This document shows, in pieces, positions 9,435 to 18,953 of a DNA stretch of 64,000 nt. The translations under genes were made by a program, and so were the position numbers. The notes below the pieces were generated by a model that saw only the letters and a list, made by a program, of their open reading frames with translations, did not search any database and was not told the origin of the DNA. The stretch is from the NCBI GenBank assembly GCA_963775895.1, contig CAVZKL010000013.1:34636-98635 (forward strand). Reading direction: 5' to 3'. Position 1 is the first letter of the stretch. Every line of letters starts with the position of its first letter. The DNA is from Candidatus Bathyarchaeota archaeon. GTDB taxonomy: Archaea > Thermoproteota > Bathyarchaeia > Bathyarchaeales > Bathycorpusculaceae.

Positions 9435-9557
9435 TGTCTTTCACTGTATTCCACTTACCAATTCCTTTACTTGCAGCGCAAGTTGTATTTAAAATAATCT
9501 ACTCATAAAGAACGCAACATTGCTCATCAGCCCATGCCGATGTCAGAAGCCTAGTCT

Positions 9558-9580
9558 ACCACAAATAACTTAACAGTATC
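9558..9580 (-). repeat. Right terminal inverted repeat (23 bp)
   Basis: ACCACAAATAACTTAACAGTATC. Confidence 0.92.
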
Positions 9581-9589
9581 GCTTTGACC

Positions 9590-9603
9590 AAAAAGATTTA
9601 AGA
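9590..9603 (+). promoter_or_regulatory. BRE/TATA promoter of tRNA-iMet
   Basis: AAAAAGATTTAAGA about 27-40 nt upstream of the tRNA 5' end. Confidence 0.55.
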
Positions 9604-9629
9604 GGGCAACGCTCAGCTTTAGAGGCAGC

Positions 9630-9729
9630 AGCGGGGTGGGGTAGCCAGGATTAACCCGCTGGGCTCATAAGAGCAAGAATGCTCCGAGAAACCCAGAGAT
9701 CAGTAGTTCAAATCTACTCCCCGCTACCA
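9630..9729 (+). tRNA. Initiator tRNA-Met (CAT) with 21-nt intron at 37/38 (9670-9690), CCA encoded
   Basis: AGCGGGG/CCCCGCT acceptor stem (A1-U72), CTGGG/CCCAG anticodon stem with three G-C pairs, CAT at 9666-9668, TTCAAAT T-loop and a bulge-helix-bulge around the intron. Confidence 0.95.
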
Positions 9730-9799
9730 CAAATAAAGTGTGCGTTATAACAAAAAAAGTCGCTAAAAAAATCGTGGCTTTTGCTGCAAGTTGGAGATG

Positions 9800-9994
9800 C
9801 TAACCTCTTCCTTTTTCTTCTTTTCCGAAGTACGCTGTCCACTTGAGTTTTCTTGCGTCTCTTCCGAAGAACGAACTCTTTCGGCATTTGCTTGAGCAGA
9901 ACCACAGAATCGACCCGTCGTTCTTGATGTACATCATCCCTGTGCCCGCTGGGAACTCGTTACCGCAGAATGAACATTTTCTTGATCTTGGCAC
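9800..9994 (-). CDS. rpl24e: 50S ribosomal protein L24e
   Basis: CSFCG...[11 protein letters not shown]...FCSSKC...LKWT. Confidence 0.95.
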   Translation of the reverse strand: MPRSRKCSFCGNEFPAGTGMMYIKNDGSILWFCSSKCRKSSFFGRDARKLKWTAYFGKEEKGRG

Positions 9995-10025
9995 GGTCGA
10001 TGTCGCCCCTCAATTGCTATCTAGC

Positions 10026-10256
10026 TTATCTGTTGATTTTCTTGGCTTCTCTTTCAGTTTCTCTAAGCATCAACGTGTCTTGAACTCTGACCGGCCCCTT
10101 AACGTTACGTGTTATGATGCGTCCTTTGTCCTTGCCTTCAAGGATCCTCACTCTGACTTGACTGATCTCGCCCGTCACACCTGTGCGTCCTATCACCTGA
10201 ATTACTTCCGCAGGTGTAAGCTCGACTTGTTGAGCTTCTCTGGCTTCCTTGCTCAT
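10026..10256 (-). CDS. rps28e: 30S ribosomal protein S28e
   Basis: GRTGVTGE...[12 protein letters not shown]...LRETEREA. Confidence 0.95.
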   Translation of the reverse strand: MSKEAREAQQVELTPAEVIQVIGRTGVTGEISQVRVRILEGKDKGRIITRNVKGPVRVQDTLMLRETEREAKKINR

Positions 10257-10636
10257 TACGTGGATCCTCGTCTGACCTGCTCTACCCTAGCAACTATTTC
10301 TTTCACTAACCCCGTGGCTTCTCCTTCTTTGACGATGCACGCCGCGCCCGCTGGAACGTCAATTCCTATCGCAGTACCTATTTTGTCCTTGTTTGGCACG
10401 TATATGTAAGGGATTTTTCTTTCTTCACATAACAGGGGTAGATGTGCAACAACTTCTGGAGGTTCGACGTCTTCTGCAATGATCACAAGCTTTGCCTGAG
10501 CCCTTTCAATGGCTTTGGTTGTTTCGTTGGTTCCCTTTCTAACACTGCCTGTTTTGGCAGCTATTTGCAGGGCTTCATAGGCCGCATCCGCGAGCTCCTT
10601 TGAAACCTCAAACTTCACGAAGAATGGTTTAGACAT
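10256..10636 (-). CDS. rpl7ae: 50S ribosomal protein L7Ae
   Basis: [40 protein letters not shown]. Confidence 0.95.
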   Translation of the reverse strand: MSKPFFVKFEVSKELADAAYEALQIAAKTGSVRKGTNETTKAIERAQAKLVIIAEDVEPPEVVAHLPLLCEERKIPYIYVPNKDKIGTAIGIDVPAGAACIVKEGEATGLVKEIVARVEQVRRGST

Positions 10637-10779
10637 AAGCCTCACCCTTCAAATGCACAGTCTAATCAATACTTCCTCTTTATCAAGGTTTCGACAACAA
10701 AAACACGAGTTTTGAGGACTGTAAGAACCACAATCTGTTGAGGCATATAGAAAGTAAGAAGAAAGGTTTTTGATGGGAG

Positions 10780-11019
10780 TTACGCCTTCTTGGCAATCGT
10801 AATCTTGACAACCAACAATCCAAGGCAGTGAGGACAGGATTTCCGTCCTCGCTTCAGATGGAAAGTCCCGCCACAGTTGATGCAAACTTGCAAGCTTTGG
10901 ATGCATTTCTCGCCAAGTGCAGCGTATTTGAGCGACGCGCTACCTATCTTTTCCCGTTGCGATTGCCATTCTGTGTCACATTCCAAACAGTTTGATGATG
11001 TCTCAGGCATAATCTGCAC
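10780..11019 (-). CDS. Small Cys-rich putative zinc-finger protein
   Basis: 79 aa with CLEC, CINC and CPHC. Confidence 0.4.
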   Translation of the reverse strand: MQIMPETSSNCLECDTEWQSQREKIGSASLKYAALGEKCIQSLQVCINCGGTFHLKRGRKSCPHCLGLLVVKITIAKKA

Positions 11020-11153
11020 TCACGCGGTAAGTCGTTGCCGACTTTGCTGGCCGTGACGCCGGTCAGCTTTGCTTTTTGCAGATTTCTATCGATAATTGAT
11101 ATAAGATGGGTGAAGGGTTTAAAGCTACGCTTCAGAACATCACCGTTCTAAAT

Positions 11154-11447
11154 CTAGTACGGTGGAAACCTCACATGGGTAAAGCCGCGAGGAATCCTGC
11201 GTCTGACGAACAGGTACAGGGTGACAGCTATCACAAAACTGACCACAACAACAGTGAAGTCTGAGGCGTAAGACTCCGGCGAGTTAAATTGGTTGGATCC
11301 TCTTTCAAGAGAACCGAATTCGCCCAGAAACCTGGGCACGTTCCCACTGGTGTCTTGGCGGATTAAGGCAACAGCAATCAGAGGAGCCAGTGTCACCGCG
11401 ATTCCAAGAATGATGGCGATCGTCAGATAGAGTAGGGATTTCCTCAC
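11154..11447 (-). CDS. Small two-TM membrane protein
   Basis: Hydrophobic N- and C-terminal helices. Confidence 0.6.
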   Translation of the reverse strand: MRKSLLYLTIAIILGIAVTLAPLIAVALIRQDTSGNVPRFLGEFGSLERGSNQFNSPESYASDFTVVVVSFVIAVTLYLFVRRRIPRGFTHVRFPPY

Positions 11448-11520
11448 TGTGTTCGCTTCTCCAGTATACGGAATATGTCATCACTATTAGTTCTACACTT
11501 TAGAACAGAATGTAAAACGC

Positions 11521-11979
11521 TCAGAATGGTCTCGCTCTCCACAATCTGATGGTTTCTATCCAGAAAATAAGCAATGCAATGGCGCCAAAAGCAACCGTGT
11601 AGAAGCTGGGCGGAACCTGCGTGATGAAGCTCACGGTCAGATAAGTAGCCAACATAGTTGTAAACAGTACGGAATAGAAGAGATATCGAGGAACAAGGAA
11701 GTTGCCCATGCGCGTGAAGAATCGCAAGATTCCAACTTTGACTTCTTCCTCAAGAACATATTCCCCTGTGCCCTTCTTCTCTACTAGTCCTAGATCTTGC
11801 AGTTTCTGAAGATGATGCACCGCTATGCTCGGACTGGAAAAACCTAAGGCCCGTTGAACTTCACGGACGCCAACCGTGTGTGTGGACTGCTGCAATAAAT
11901 ACCAATAGACGAGCAGGGTTTTTCCTTTCAGTGCTGATTCTAGGAAAGCAGCATCGAATTCGTGCGGGTTTTTCGACAC
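11521..11979 (-). CDS. Membrane-anchored winged-helix transcription regulator
   Basis: VGVREVQRALGFSSPSIAVHHLQKLQDLGLV HTH plus two C-terminal TM helices. Confidence 0.8.
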   Translation of the reverse strand: MSKNPHEFDAAFLESALKGKTLLVYWYLLQQSTHTVGVREVQRALGFSSPSIAVHHLQKLQDLGLVEKKGTGEYVLEEEVKVGILRFFTRMGNFLVPRYLFYSVLFTTMLATYLTVSFITQVPPSFYTVAFGAIALLIFWIETIRLWRARPF

Positions 11980-12230
11980 TTACCATCGCCAGTACAATTT
12001 ATGGAGCAAGTTGTTAAAAGATTAATCATCCAACTTGTGAAGTCACTTCACTCATTCACGCTTATCAGTTTCCACTTTCAGAGGACACTGCATAAGCAAA
12101 TGAACCTGAATTGGGCTGAATTGACGCGATTTTCAAAAAGGAGACAGCTTCCCTCAGATTTGAGCGTAGAAAAGTTTAAATAGGCTGCTTCGTTGAAGAA
12201 TTTTGCTTTTGCTGAGGGGAATCCGCAAGT

Positions 12231-12491
12231 TTGCAGAGATTAGGCCTGATACTTCACGTTAGTCCGAGCAAGAACATGATAATTAAAGTTGAAAAAATCC
12301 CGAGAATTGGCGAAACAGTCGTGGATGAAAATCTGAAACCGGTCGGAACGGTTTTTGATCTTCTTGGCCCGGTGTCTTCACCATACGTCTCTATAAGACC
12401 CACGGTACGTGACCCCGAAAAACTCGTGAACAAACCAGTGTATGCGATCCCCTCCCAGAAGAGAAAGGAGAAGAACAAGTATGGACGATAG
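12231..12491 (+). CDS. gar1: H/ACA RNP protein Gar1/Naf1
   Basis: LGLILH...[23 protein letters not shown]; conserved position upstream of tfb. Confidence 0.85.
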   Translation: MQRLGLILHVSPSKNMIIKVEKIPRIGETVVDENLKPVGTVFDLLGPVSSPYVSIRPTVRDPEKLVNKPVYAIPSQKRKEKNKYGR

Positions 12492-13455
12492 CGATGAAGT
12501 ACAAACAGATGCAGATTCCGCCTCACCTACACACGCTCACGAGCCGGCGAAGGTTCAGAGCTGTCCAGAATGCCACAGTACAAGACTAATGCGCGATTAT
12601 GAGAACGCCGAATTGGTCTGCATGAACTGCGGATTCGTCCTTGCAGCAAAGATAGCTGACAGAGGACCTGAATGGAGAGCGTTTGACGATGAACAGAGAG
12701 CTAAGAGAACGAGAGTCGGCGCACCTCTTACCTATACGATTCATGACAAAGGACTGTCAACGATGATTGACTGGCACGACAGAGACGTCTACGGTAAGAG
12801 CCTCTCACCTGGACAGAAAGCGCAGGTCTACAGACTCAGAAAATGGCAACGTCGTATACGAGTTTCGGACGCGACTGAACGGAACCTTGCCTTCGCGTTG
12901 TCTGAGATCACGAAGATCGCTAACAACTTGAACCTTCCAAAGAGCATTCTTGAAACGGCCTCAGTCATCTACCGGAAAGCTGTGAAAGAACGGTTGATAA
13001 GAGGAAGATCGATTCAAGGAGTAACGGCGGCAGCAATCTATCTTGCCTGTAGACAATGCGGCTTGGCCAGAACGTTGGAAGAAATAGCGCAATCATCAAG
13101 CGTACCCAAGAAAGAAGTTGGACGCAGTTACCGATTTTTGATAAAGGAACTGAACTACTCGATACCGCCCTTAAAACCAAGCCAGTACATCACGAAATTC
13201 TCGAACCAATTGACGATGCAGGGAAAAGTCGAGGAAATAGCCCACAAGATCCTCGGCGCCGCAAAAGAACTCAAACTCACGTCTGGACGAGGGCCCACAG
13301 GCATAGCGGCCGCAGCAAGCTACATTGCGTCCGTGCTTACGGGTGAAAGAAAGACGCAGAGAGAAATTGCTGAAATAGCACAGGTGACTGAAGTCACGAT
13401 TCGTAACCGCTACAAGGAACTCGTGGAGCGATTAATGTTCCACATGACCATCTAA
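12481..13455 (+). CDS. tfb: Transcription initiation factor IIB
   Basis: CPEC...CMNCG Zn ribbon, GPEWRAF B-reader, two cyclin repeats and [13 protein letters not shown]. Confidence 0.97.
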   Translation: MDDSDEVQTDADSASPTHAHEPAKVQSCPECHSTRLMRDYENAELVCMNCGFVLAAKIADRGPEWRAFDDEQRAKRTRVGAPLTYTIHDKGLSTMIDWHDRDVYGKSLSPGQKAQVYRLRKWQRRIRVSDATERNLAFALSEITKIANNLNLPKSILETASVIYRKAVKERLIRGRSIQGVTAAAIYLACRQCGLARTLEEIAQSSSVPKKEVGRSYRFLIKELNYSIPPLKPSQYITKFSNQLTMQGKVEEIAHKILGAAKELKLTSGRGPTGIAAAASYIASVLTGERKTQREIAEIAQVTEVTIRNRYKELVERLMFHMTI

Positions 13456-13553
13456 CGACATCCCCCTCTTTTTCTTAACGTCGATTTTATCCGCTTCGGT
13501 TTTTGCAAAACAGATTTTAGACGCGCCATATTATGATTGCCTGAGGAGACTAA

Positions 13554-13979
13554 TTGCCAAACTGCCCGAAATGCGGCTATAGCGTTCAGAAACCCGTCAA
13601 GACGTGGCCTATCCCGTCGCGCAGACCTTTGAAAGAAGGGGAACAAGCGAGACTTGCCGGAATTTTCGAATGCCCTAACTGCAAGGCGAGGTTCAGAGCC
13701 GCCGTTGAAACCGAAGTAAAGGCCCAGCAGGCAGTAACTATTAAAGACATGGTCGGAAGGATAAAGGGCATTAGGGAAGAGCTCATGCTGACGTTGACGA
13801 ACCTTCGCGAGAAGATAAAGACACTGGAGATTGAAAAAGCCAGTTTGATGACTGAAATAGAGAACCTGAGAAAAGTGGCAGAAGCAAGGGCCAATACTCT
13901 GGAAAACGAAGTCGGTACGCTAAGAGAAGAAGTCAGATCTCTCAAGGACCTTCTCGGTTACGTGGAAGAACGGAAGTAA
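13554..13979 (+). CDS. Cren7-like Zn-ribbon domain fused to a C-terminal coiled coil
   Basis: CPKCG...KPVKTW...AGIFECPNCKARFR matches the Cren7 pattern (PxKxW...GxF..P...FR), followed by about 80 aa of heptad repeats. Confidence 0.6.
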   Translation: MPNCPKCGYSVQKPVKTWPIPSRRPLKEGEQARLAGIFECPNCKARFRAAVETEVKAQQAVTIKDMVGRIKGIREELMLTLTNLREKIKTLEIEKASLMTEIENLRKVAEARANTLENEVGTLREEVRSLKDLLGYVEERK

Positions 13980-14013
13980 CGAAACCCTTCATTCGGCCCA
14001 GAGACTTTTTCGG

Positions 14014-14412
14014 TTAAGCAGGCAGGAATTTCTTGTAATATTCCTGAGCGACAGCCACAGCTTTTTCTGGCTTTTTCAGTATCTTGTAGTGTTTGCCCAT
14101 GATCTTCTCCGCTTCGCTATAGTATTCCACGACTTTCTTCACGTTTCCTTCGTAGATCGACAACCCGCCAGCGACTGCGTACCACATCCCCGCTTTTGAC
14201 TTATCGCCATCATCTTTAGATTTCTTAGCGTTTTCCAATGCCTCCTTCAATGAAAACTCGATGTTCTTAGGGTTAAGGAACATCGTCGCTGAAAGCGCTT
14301 CGTACGTCTCTTCATCGTCCCCCACTAGTTGTTGAAGTTCCGACAACATTTCTGCCTTTTGAACAACAGGGTTCTCCGTTTTCGTCTTAACTTTTTTTGA
14401 CTGTTTTGACAT
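14014..14412 (-). CDS. Hypothetical helical (TPR-like) protein
   Basis: 132-aa ORF with protein-like composition. Confidence 0.6.
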   Translation of the reverse strand: MSKQSKKVKTKTENPVVQKAEMLSELQQLVGDDEETYEALSATMFLNPKNIEFSLKEALENAKKSKDDGDKSKAGMWYAVAGGLSIYEGNVKKVVEYYSEAEKIMGKHYKILKKPEKAVAVAQEYYKKFLPA

Positions 14413-14500
14413 ATCAAACCACCAGCTGCTTGAATTTTCAGCTTTTGAAGTAGTATTGAAACAGTTAATCTTAAAGGTTTGTCCGTCTAATCGGTAGGTT

Positions 14501-15116
14501 ATGCCCTACAAGTTCACGTTCGACCTTTCGAAGATTCCTCGGTTCGTGTTTACAGAGATAGCTAAGACCAGCTTTCAGAGAGGCATGCACAAACAAATTG
14601 GCAAGACTGCCAAAGACATGATAAAGAGATTCAGGATCCAAGAGTCCACAGGACTGAACCTTTGTGACGCCGTTACCCTTCTTCAGGACCTGATAGAGAC
14701 TCAAACATTAAACTTGGTCGACCGGGAGAAGTTCATCAAAACCAAGAAAAGAGCCCTGTTTTTGCCTCACTGTGCAAGAAAGTACATGGACGGCAGATGC
14801 GGAGCATCCTTTGATTCGAGCATTCCATCCTACGTTTGTGCTCACTGTTCCCCGGACTGTCTGGTTGAAAACGCGACGACTCTTTGCGCAGGAAAAAGGT
14901 TACGATGTCTATATTCTGCCAGGCGGTTCATGTATCCCGAAAATCCTGAAAGCCAAACACTATGAAGGCGTGGTTGGAGTTGCCTGTGGGGAAGAAGTGA
15001 AGACTGGAGGAGAAGTCTTGAAGGCTATGAATGTTGTCGGTCAGAACGTTCCATTGATAAAGAATGGGTGCGCAAACACCGCTTTCAACATGGAGACGCT
15101 GCACACTACTTTATGA
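14501..15116 (+). CDS. DUF116-family protein (one frameshift)
   Basis: LFLPHC...CAHCSPDC in one frame, then YILPGGS...GVAC in the next. Confidence 0.75.
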
Positions 15117-15134
15117 GAAATGAGAAAATTAGGA

Positions 15135-15296
15135 TTACTTGACGATTTCGCGTTTCTTCCAGCGCAGGTTCTTGGCGTGGCATTTCCTGCATTTAACTGC
15201 CGTTGCCGCGTTTCTTGCTCCACAGTCTCGGCATATTTTCAAGTAAAGCCTGTGCTTCTGCGCTAGCGCTTTCTTGAGTGGATCTAATATGGGCAT
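15135..15296 (-). CDS. rpl40e: 50S ribosomal protein L40e
   Basis: KICRDCGARN...KCRKC...LRWKKRE. Confidence 0.92.
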   Translation of the reverse strand: MPILDPLKKALAQKHRLYLKICRDCGARNAATAVKCRKCHAKNLRWKKREIVK

Positions 15297-15372
15297 TGGC
15301 TCGTACCACGTTTGAGTGACTAACACTCACACGGTTCTGTCGTAGATATACTTTTTTGTCTGAAGGCGATCC

Positions 15373-16255
15373 TCATCTTCGAGCGTTAACGATTCTTCCC
15401 AGCAGATCAGGTATGTCGCTTGGTTTTTCGGCCACGCTCACACAGGCTCTTCCGAACGCTTCGATCTTGCTTTCAGCTGTTCCTGCTTTCCCCATCACGA
15501 TTGCGCCCGCGTGACCCATGCGTTTCCCCGGCGGTGCCGATCGCCCAGCAACATACGCCACGACAGGTTTCGCGTATTTCTCGGTGACGATGTAGTTCGC
15601 CGCCAATTCCTCAAGGTTGCCTCCGATTTCCCCTATCAGAACGACAGCTTCTGTCTGCGGATCTTTCTCGAACATCCGCAGGGCATCTATAAAGTTTAAC
15701 CCGGTTATGGGGTCTCCTCCGAGACCAAGACACGTCGATTGGCCAAACTGTTTCTTCGACAAAGCAGCTGCTATCTCGTAGGTAAGAGTGCCACTCCTCG
15801 ACGCCATTCCAATTCGCCCTGGCTTGAAAATGTGTGAAGGCATTATGCCAAGCTTGCAGGTTCCAGGCGTGATTATTCCAGGTGTGTTCGGGACCAATTA
15901 TTGATGCCCCTTCCCGTTTTGCATAAGCCATGACCTCGATTGCGTCTTTTATCGGAATGTGCTCGGTTATTACCACCACAGTCTTTATTCCATTCTCGAC
16001 TGCCTCAAACGCCGCATCCGCAGCAAAAGGCGCCGGAACAAAGATGATCGAGGCGTTCGCTGACACTTTCTCTTGAGCCTCTGCCACGGTGTTATAGACA
16101 GGAACGCCGTTCACCTCCGTTCCGCCTTTCCCTGGCGAGGTGCCAGCCACGATTTTTGTTCCATATTCGATCATCAGTCTCGTGTGAAACGCACCTTGAG
16201 AACCAGTTATGCCTTGGACGATTGCCCGCGTGTTCTGGTTCACTATTATTCCCAT
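15373..16255 (-). CDS. sucD: Succinyl-CoA synthetase alpha subunit (one frameshift near 15895)
   Basis: [21 protein letters not shown] and GKRMGHAGA across two overlapping ORFs. Confidence 0.9.
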
Positions 16256-16257
16256 GC

Positions 16258-17406
16258 TCAGACCCCTCCGCGTTTCGAGATCTCAACGGCGCGACGGGCC
16301 GCTTCTTCCATACTTTCAAGCACCTGAATCCCCGCGTCTGTCAATATCCGTTTTCCTTCCTCTTCATTTGTGCCCACAAGTCTGATCACCATAGGGGTTT
16401 TAACACCGATTCTCTCTTTTGCTTCAAGTATCCCCTTGGCAACTTCATCACAGCGGGTGATACCGCCCATGATGTTTATGAAAAGAGTTTGGACCCGTGG
16501 ATCTGAAAGCACTATCTTTAACGCTAACGCGTTCTTCTCTGAGGTGGCACCGCCCCCTACGTCCAAAAAGTTTGCTGGTCTGCCGCCATAATATTGGATT
16601 GTGTCGAGAGTTGCCATAACGAGTCCTGCACCGTTTCCGATAACCCCTATGTCTCCGTCAAGTCTGACGTAAGCCAAGTCGTTGTTCATTGCTTCGAGTT
16701 CCTGCGGGCTGAGGTCACTTCCACCCTCAAGAAGCCGTTTCTTGTACTCTTGATGTCTGAAAAGTGCATTATCATCAATGATTATTCGGGCGTCAGCCGC
16801 CATGAACTTGCCATCAGAAGTTTCCACAAGAGGGTTCATTTCGATGAGCTCAGCATCGTTTTCCATACCTGCAAGATACAATCTTTCGATTATTTTGGCG
16901 AGATCCAAAATCTGGCTTCCGTTGTAACCCATTCTCCTTGCTATTTCCCGTGTCTCAAAAGTCCTTAGACCAAGTTCAGGTTTTATGGTGGTCTTTATGA
17001 CTTTCTCAGGAGTTTTGGAAGCGACTTCTTCTATGTCAACTCCCCCGACGGGAGAGGCAATCGCCACGTAGCACTGGTTGAACCTGTCAGTGGTTACTCC
17101 GAAATAGAGTTCTTTGCTAACTTGGATCTTTTCTTCGATCCACACGCTTTTGACGGGTATGTCTTTGATTTTCATGTTAAGCAGTTTTTCAGCGACTTTT
17201 TCTGCTTCCTCAGCGGATTGGGCGAATACTATGCCACCTGCCTTCCCTCTTCCTGCGACCAGAACCTGAGCCTTCACGACAACGGGCATTCTAAGCTTAA
17301 GTGCAATTTCATGAGCTTGGCTCGGGCTTGTCGCTAATCCTCCTTGGGGTGTGGCGACGCCATGCTTTGCAAGAATGCTTTTTGCTTCATATTCGTACAG
17401 TTTCAA
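16258..17406 (-). CDS. sucC: Succinyl-CoA synthetase beta subunit (ADP-forming)
   Basis: [37 protein letters not shown] and [10 protein letters not shown]. Confidence 0.95.
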   Translation of the reverse strand: MKLYEYEAKSILAKHGVATPQGGLATSPSQAHEIALKLRMPVVVKAQVLVAGRGKAGGIVFAQSAEEAEKVAEKLLNMKIKDIPVKSVWIEEKIQVSKELYFGVTTDRFNQCYVAIASPVGGVDIEEVASKTPEKVIKTTIKPELGLRTFETREIARRMGYNGSQILDLAKIIERLYLAGMENDAELIEMNPLVETSDGKFMAADARIIIDDNALFRHQEYKKRLLEGGSDLSPQELEAMNNDLAYVRLDGDIGVIGNGAGLVMATLDTIQYYGGRPANFLDVGGGATSEKNALALKIVLSDPRVQTLFINIMGGITRCDEVAKGILEAKERIGVKTPMVIRLVGTNEEEGKRILTDAGIQVLESMEEAARRAVEISKRGGV

Positions 17407-17419
17407 AACGTCACTCTCC

Positions 17420-17884
17420 TCATCTTATCGTTTCTATCGTGACATAGGATTTTGTGTCCATTACGCCTTCAATGGAGGACAGCTTGCTCAGAACCTCATC
17501 CAGTTTTTCTCTTTCAACCATCGCAAGCGCGTCCATGTCCCCTGCGACTCTGAACGCCCTTTGGATCGTGAGTTCTTTAATTTTCTGGTAAGCGAAGCTT
17601 CTTTTGAGCGGTGAGACCTTGATCAGTATGAAGGCTGGCACAGAGTATACCCCAAGAGCATTCAATCCTTGTTCGGTAACGTCTATGAAACCTCTGCCCG
17701 TGCGGATGTAGTTCAAGTCCCTCAGCTTTCTCAGGTGAACATTCAGAGCCTGTCTGCTGATGCCCAACTGTCTTGCCAAAGCATCCTGCTTCAAATGCAA
17801 AGTGTACGCGTTTGTCGATTCACTCTTCTGATAGAGCAGACTGAGCAACTGCATAGATCGGCGCGTAAGAGTTTCCAAATCCAA
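17420..17884 (-). CDS. Lrp/AsnC-like transcription regulator
   Basis: QDALARQLGISRQALNVHLRKL HTH and a C-terminal RAM-like domain (VAGDMD...IEGVMDTKS). Confidence 0.8.
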   Translation of the reverse strand: MDLETLTRRSMQLLSLLYQKSESTNAYTLHLKQDALARQLGISRQALNVHLRKLRDLNYIRTGRGFIDVTEQGLNALGVYSVPAFILIKVSPLKRSFAYQKIKELTIQRAFRVAGDMDALAMVEREKLDEVLSKLSSIEGVMDTKSYVTIETIR

Positions 17885-18095
17885 CTCCTCAACGGTTGCT
17901 GTTTGTTAAGTTAAAGTTTTACGTTGTTACCGGTCTTTTAAATTTTTACCAAAGCAAAAGCAAATTGTATGAAAGACACACACCGGTGCTTCAGGGTTTT
18001 TGCAACCGAAAATCTCACCGTAATGTATTTATTTGCCGACAAGGAAGGTTATCGAGCCTACAGAAAAAATCAAAACTAGGAGTAAGGCGGTACAA

Positions 18096-18374
18096 ATGTC
18101 TGAAAGCAACGCAGTGTTGATCGGAAACAAGCCAGTAATGAACTACGTACTGGCATGCATAACCCTCTTTCACGGCGGAGCGAAGGAAGTTAACGTGAAA
18201 GCACGAGGGAGATCCATAAGCAGGGCAGTTGATGTCGTCGAGGTTGTCAGACGCAGATTCCTACCAGACGTGAAAGTCAAACAAATCGGCATTGGAACAC
18301 AGCAGATGGCACCCAGAGAAGAGGGTGGCTCGCCTTCAAACGTCAGCACAATCGAGATTCGGCTTGAACGCTAG
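18096..18374 (+). CDS. albA: DNA/RNA-binding protein Alba
   Basis: [12 protein letters not shown]...[13 protein letters not shown]...VSTIEI. Confidence 0.95.
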   Translation: MSESNAVLIGNKPVMNYVLACITLFHGGAKEVNVKARGRSISRAVDVVEVVRRRFLPDVKVKQIGIGTQQMAPREEGGSPSNVSTIEIRLER

Positions 18375-18443
18375 AACAGCGTTTCCGCAAGAAAGGTACA
18401 AGGCTCCGCCGCCCCTCCTTTGTTTGTGGAGGGCGATTGGTAG

Positions 18444-18953
18444 TTGAAGATGGGACTTTGCAGTTTCTGTCTCAAGAGCGGTATACTTTGCCAAAAGTGT
18501 TTAGCTAAAGTTAAGTCTGGAGAGATCAGCGAACTTGACCTGAAAATCGCTCGTCTCTTGATGTCCCTGGAAGAAAAGTATCCCTCTCTTCAAAACGTCT
18601 ATTTTCACAAGGCGATAGACGCCGACGGAACTCTGGCGATAGTTGTAGGTCCCGGAGACGTTCCGCGATTGTTGGGCTATGGTGGAAGAATTGTTCGCGC
18701 GATAGGCGACGAGACGGGAAAGAACGTTCGTGTTCTGGAATCCGGGGTCGATGATAGAAAATTCTTAGAAGACTTGTTTGCCCCAGTGAGTATAATGACG
18801 ATTAACACGATTTGGCTTCCGGATGGAAGCACTGAAACTCGTGTCATACTTCGAAGAAGACGTGGTGGGCGCGGGTCTTTTGATGTAAAGGCTTTGAAGG
18901 ACATTGCCGGCAAAGTTCGCAACATCACGCTGCGAGTTGAGTACGCGGACTGA
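18444..18953 (+). CDS. NusA-like KH-domain protein with N-terminal Cys motif
   Basis: CSFCLKSGILCQKC and a KH-like LLGYGGRIVR. Confidence 0.7.
   Translation: MKMGLCSFCLKSGILCQKCLAKVKSGEISELDLKIARLLMSLEEKYPSLQNVYFHKAIDADGTLAIVVGPGDVPRLLGYGGRIVRAIGDETGKNVRVLESGVDDRKFLEDLFAPVSIMTINTIWLPDGSTETRVILRRRRGGRGSFDVKALKDIAGKVRNITLRVEYAD

Larger units (their letters stand above)
4337..9580. mobile_element. DDE transposon (IS6-like transposase) carrying a restriction-modification system and accessory genes
   Basis: Perfect 23-bp TIRs GATACTGTTAAGTTATTTGTGGT (4337-4359; reverse complement 9558-9580). Flanks GCATTGACC (4328-4336) and GCTTTGACC (9581-9589) match at 8/9. It encodes an internal DDE transposase and the cargo is visibly AT-richer. 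Confidence 0.88.

Noticed and set aside
4337-9729. Integrase-type genomic island using tRNA-iMet as attB
   Set aside because: There is no tyrosine or serine recombinase and no duplicated tRNA fragment at the far end. The boundaries are inverted repeats with a short TSD, which indicates DDE transposition.
10637-10700. Kink-turn autoregulatory element in the l7ae leader
   Set aside because: This is known in other archaea, but I could not identify convincing tandem G-A pairs with flanking stems here by eye.
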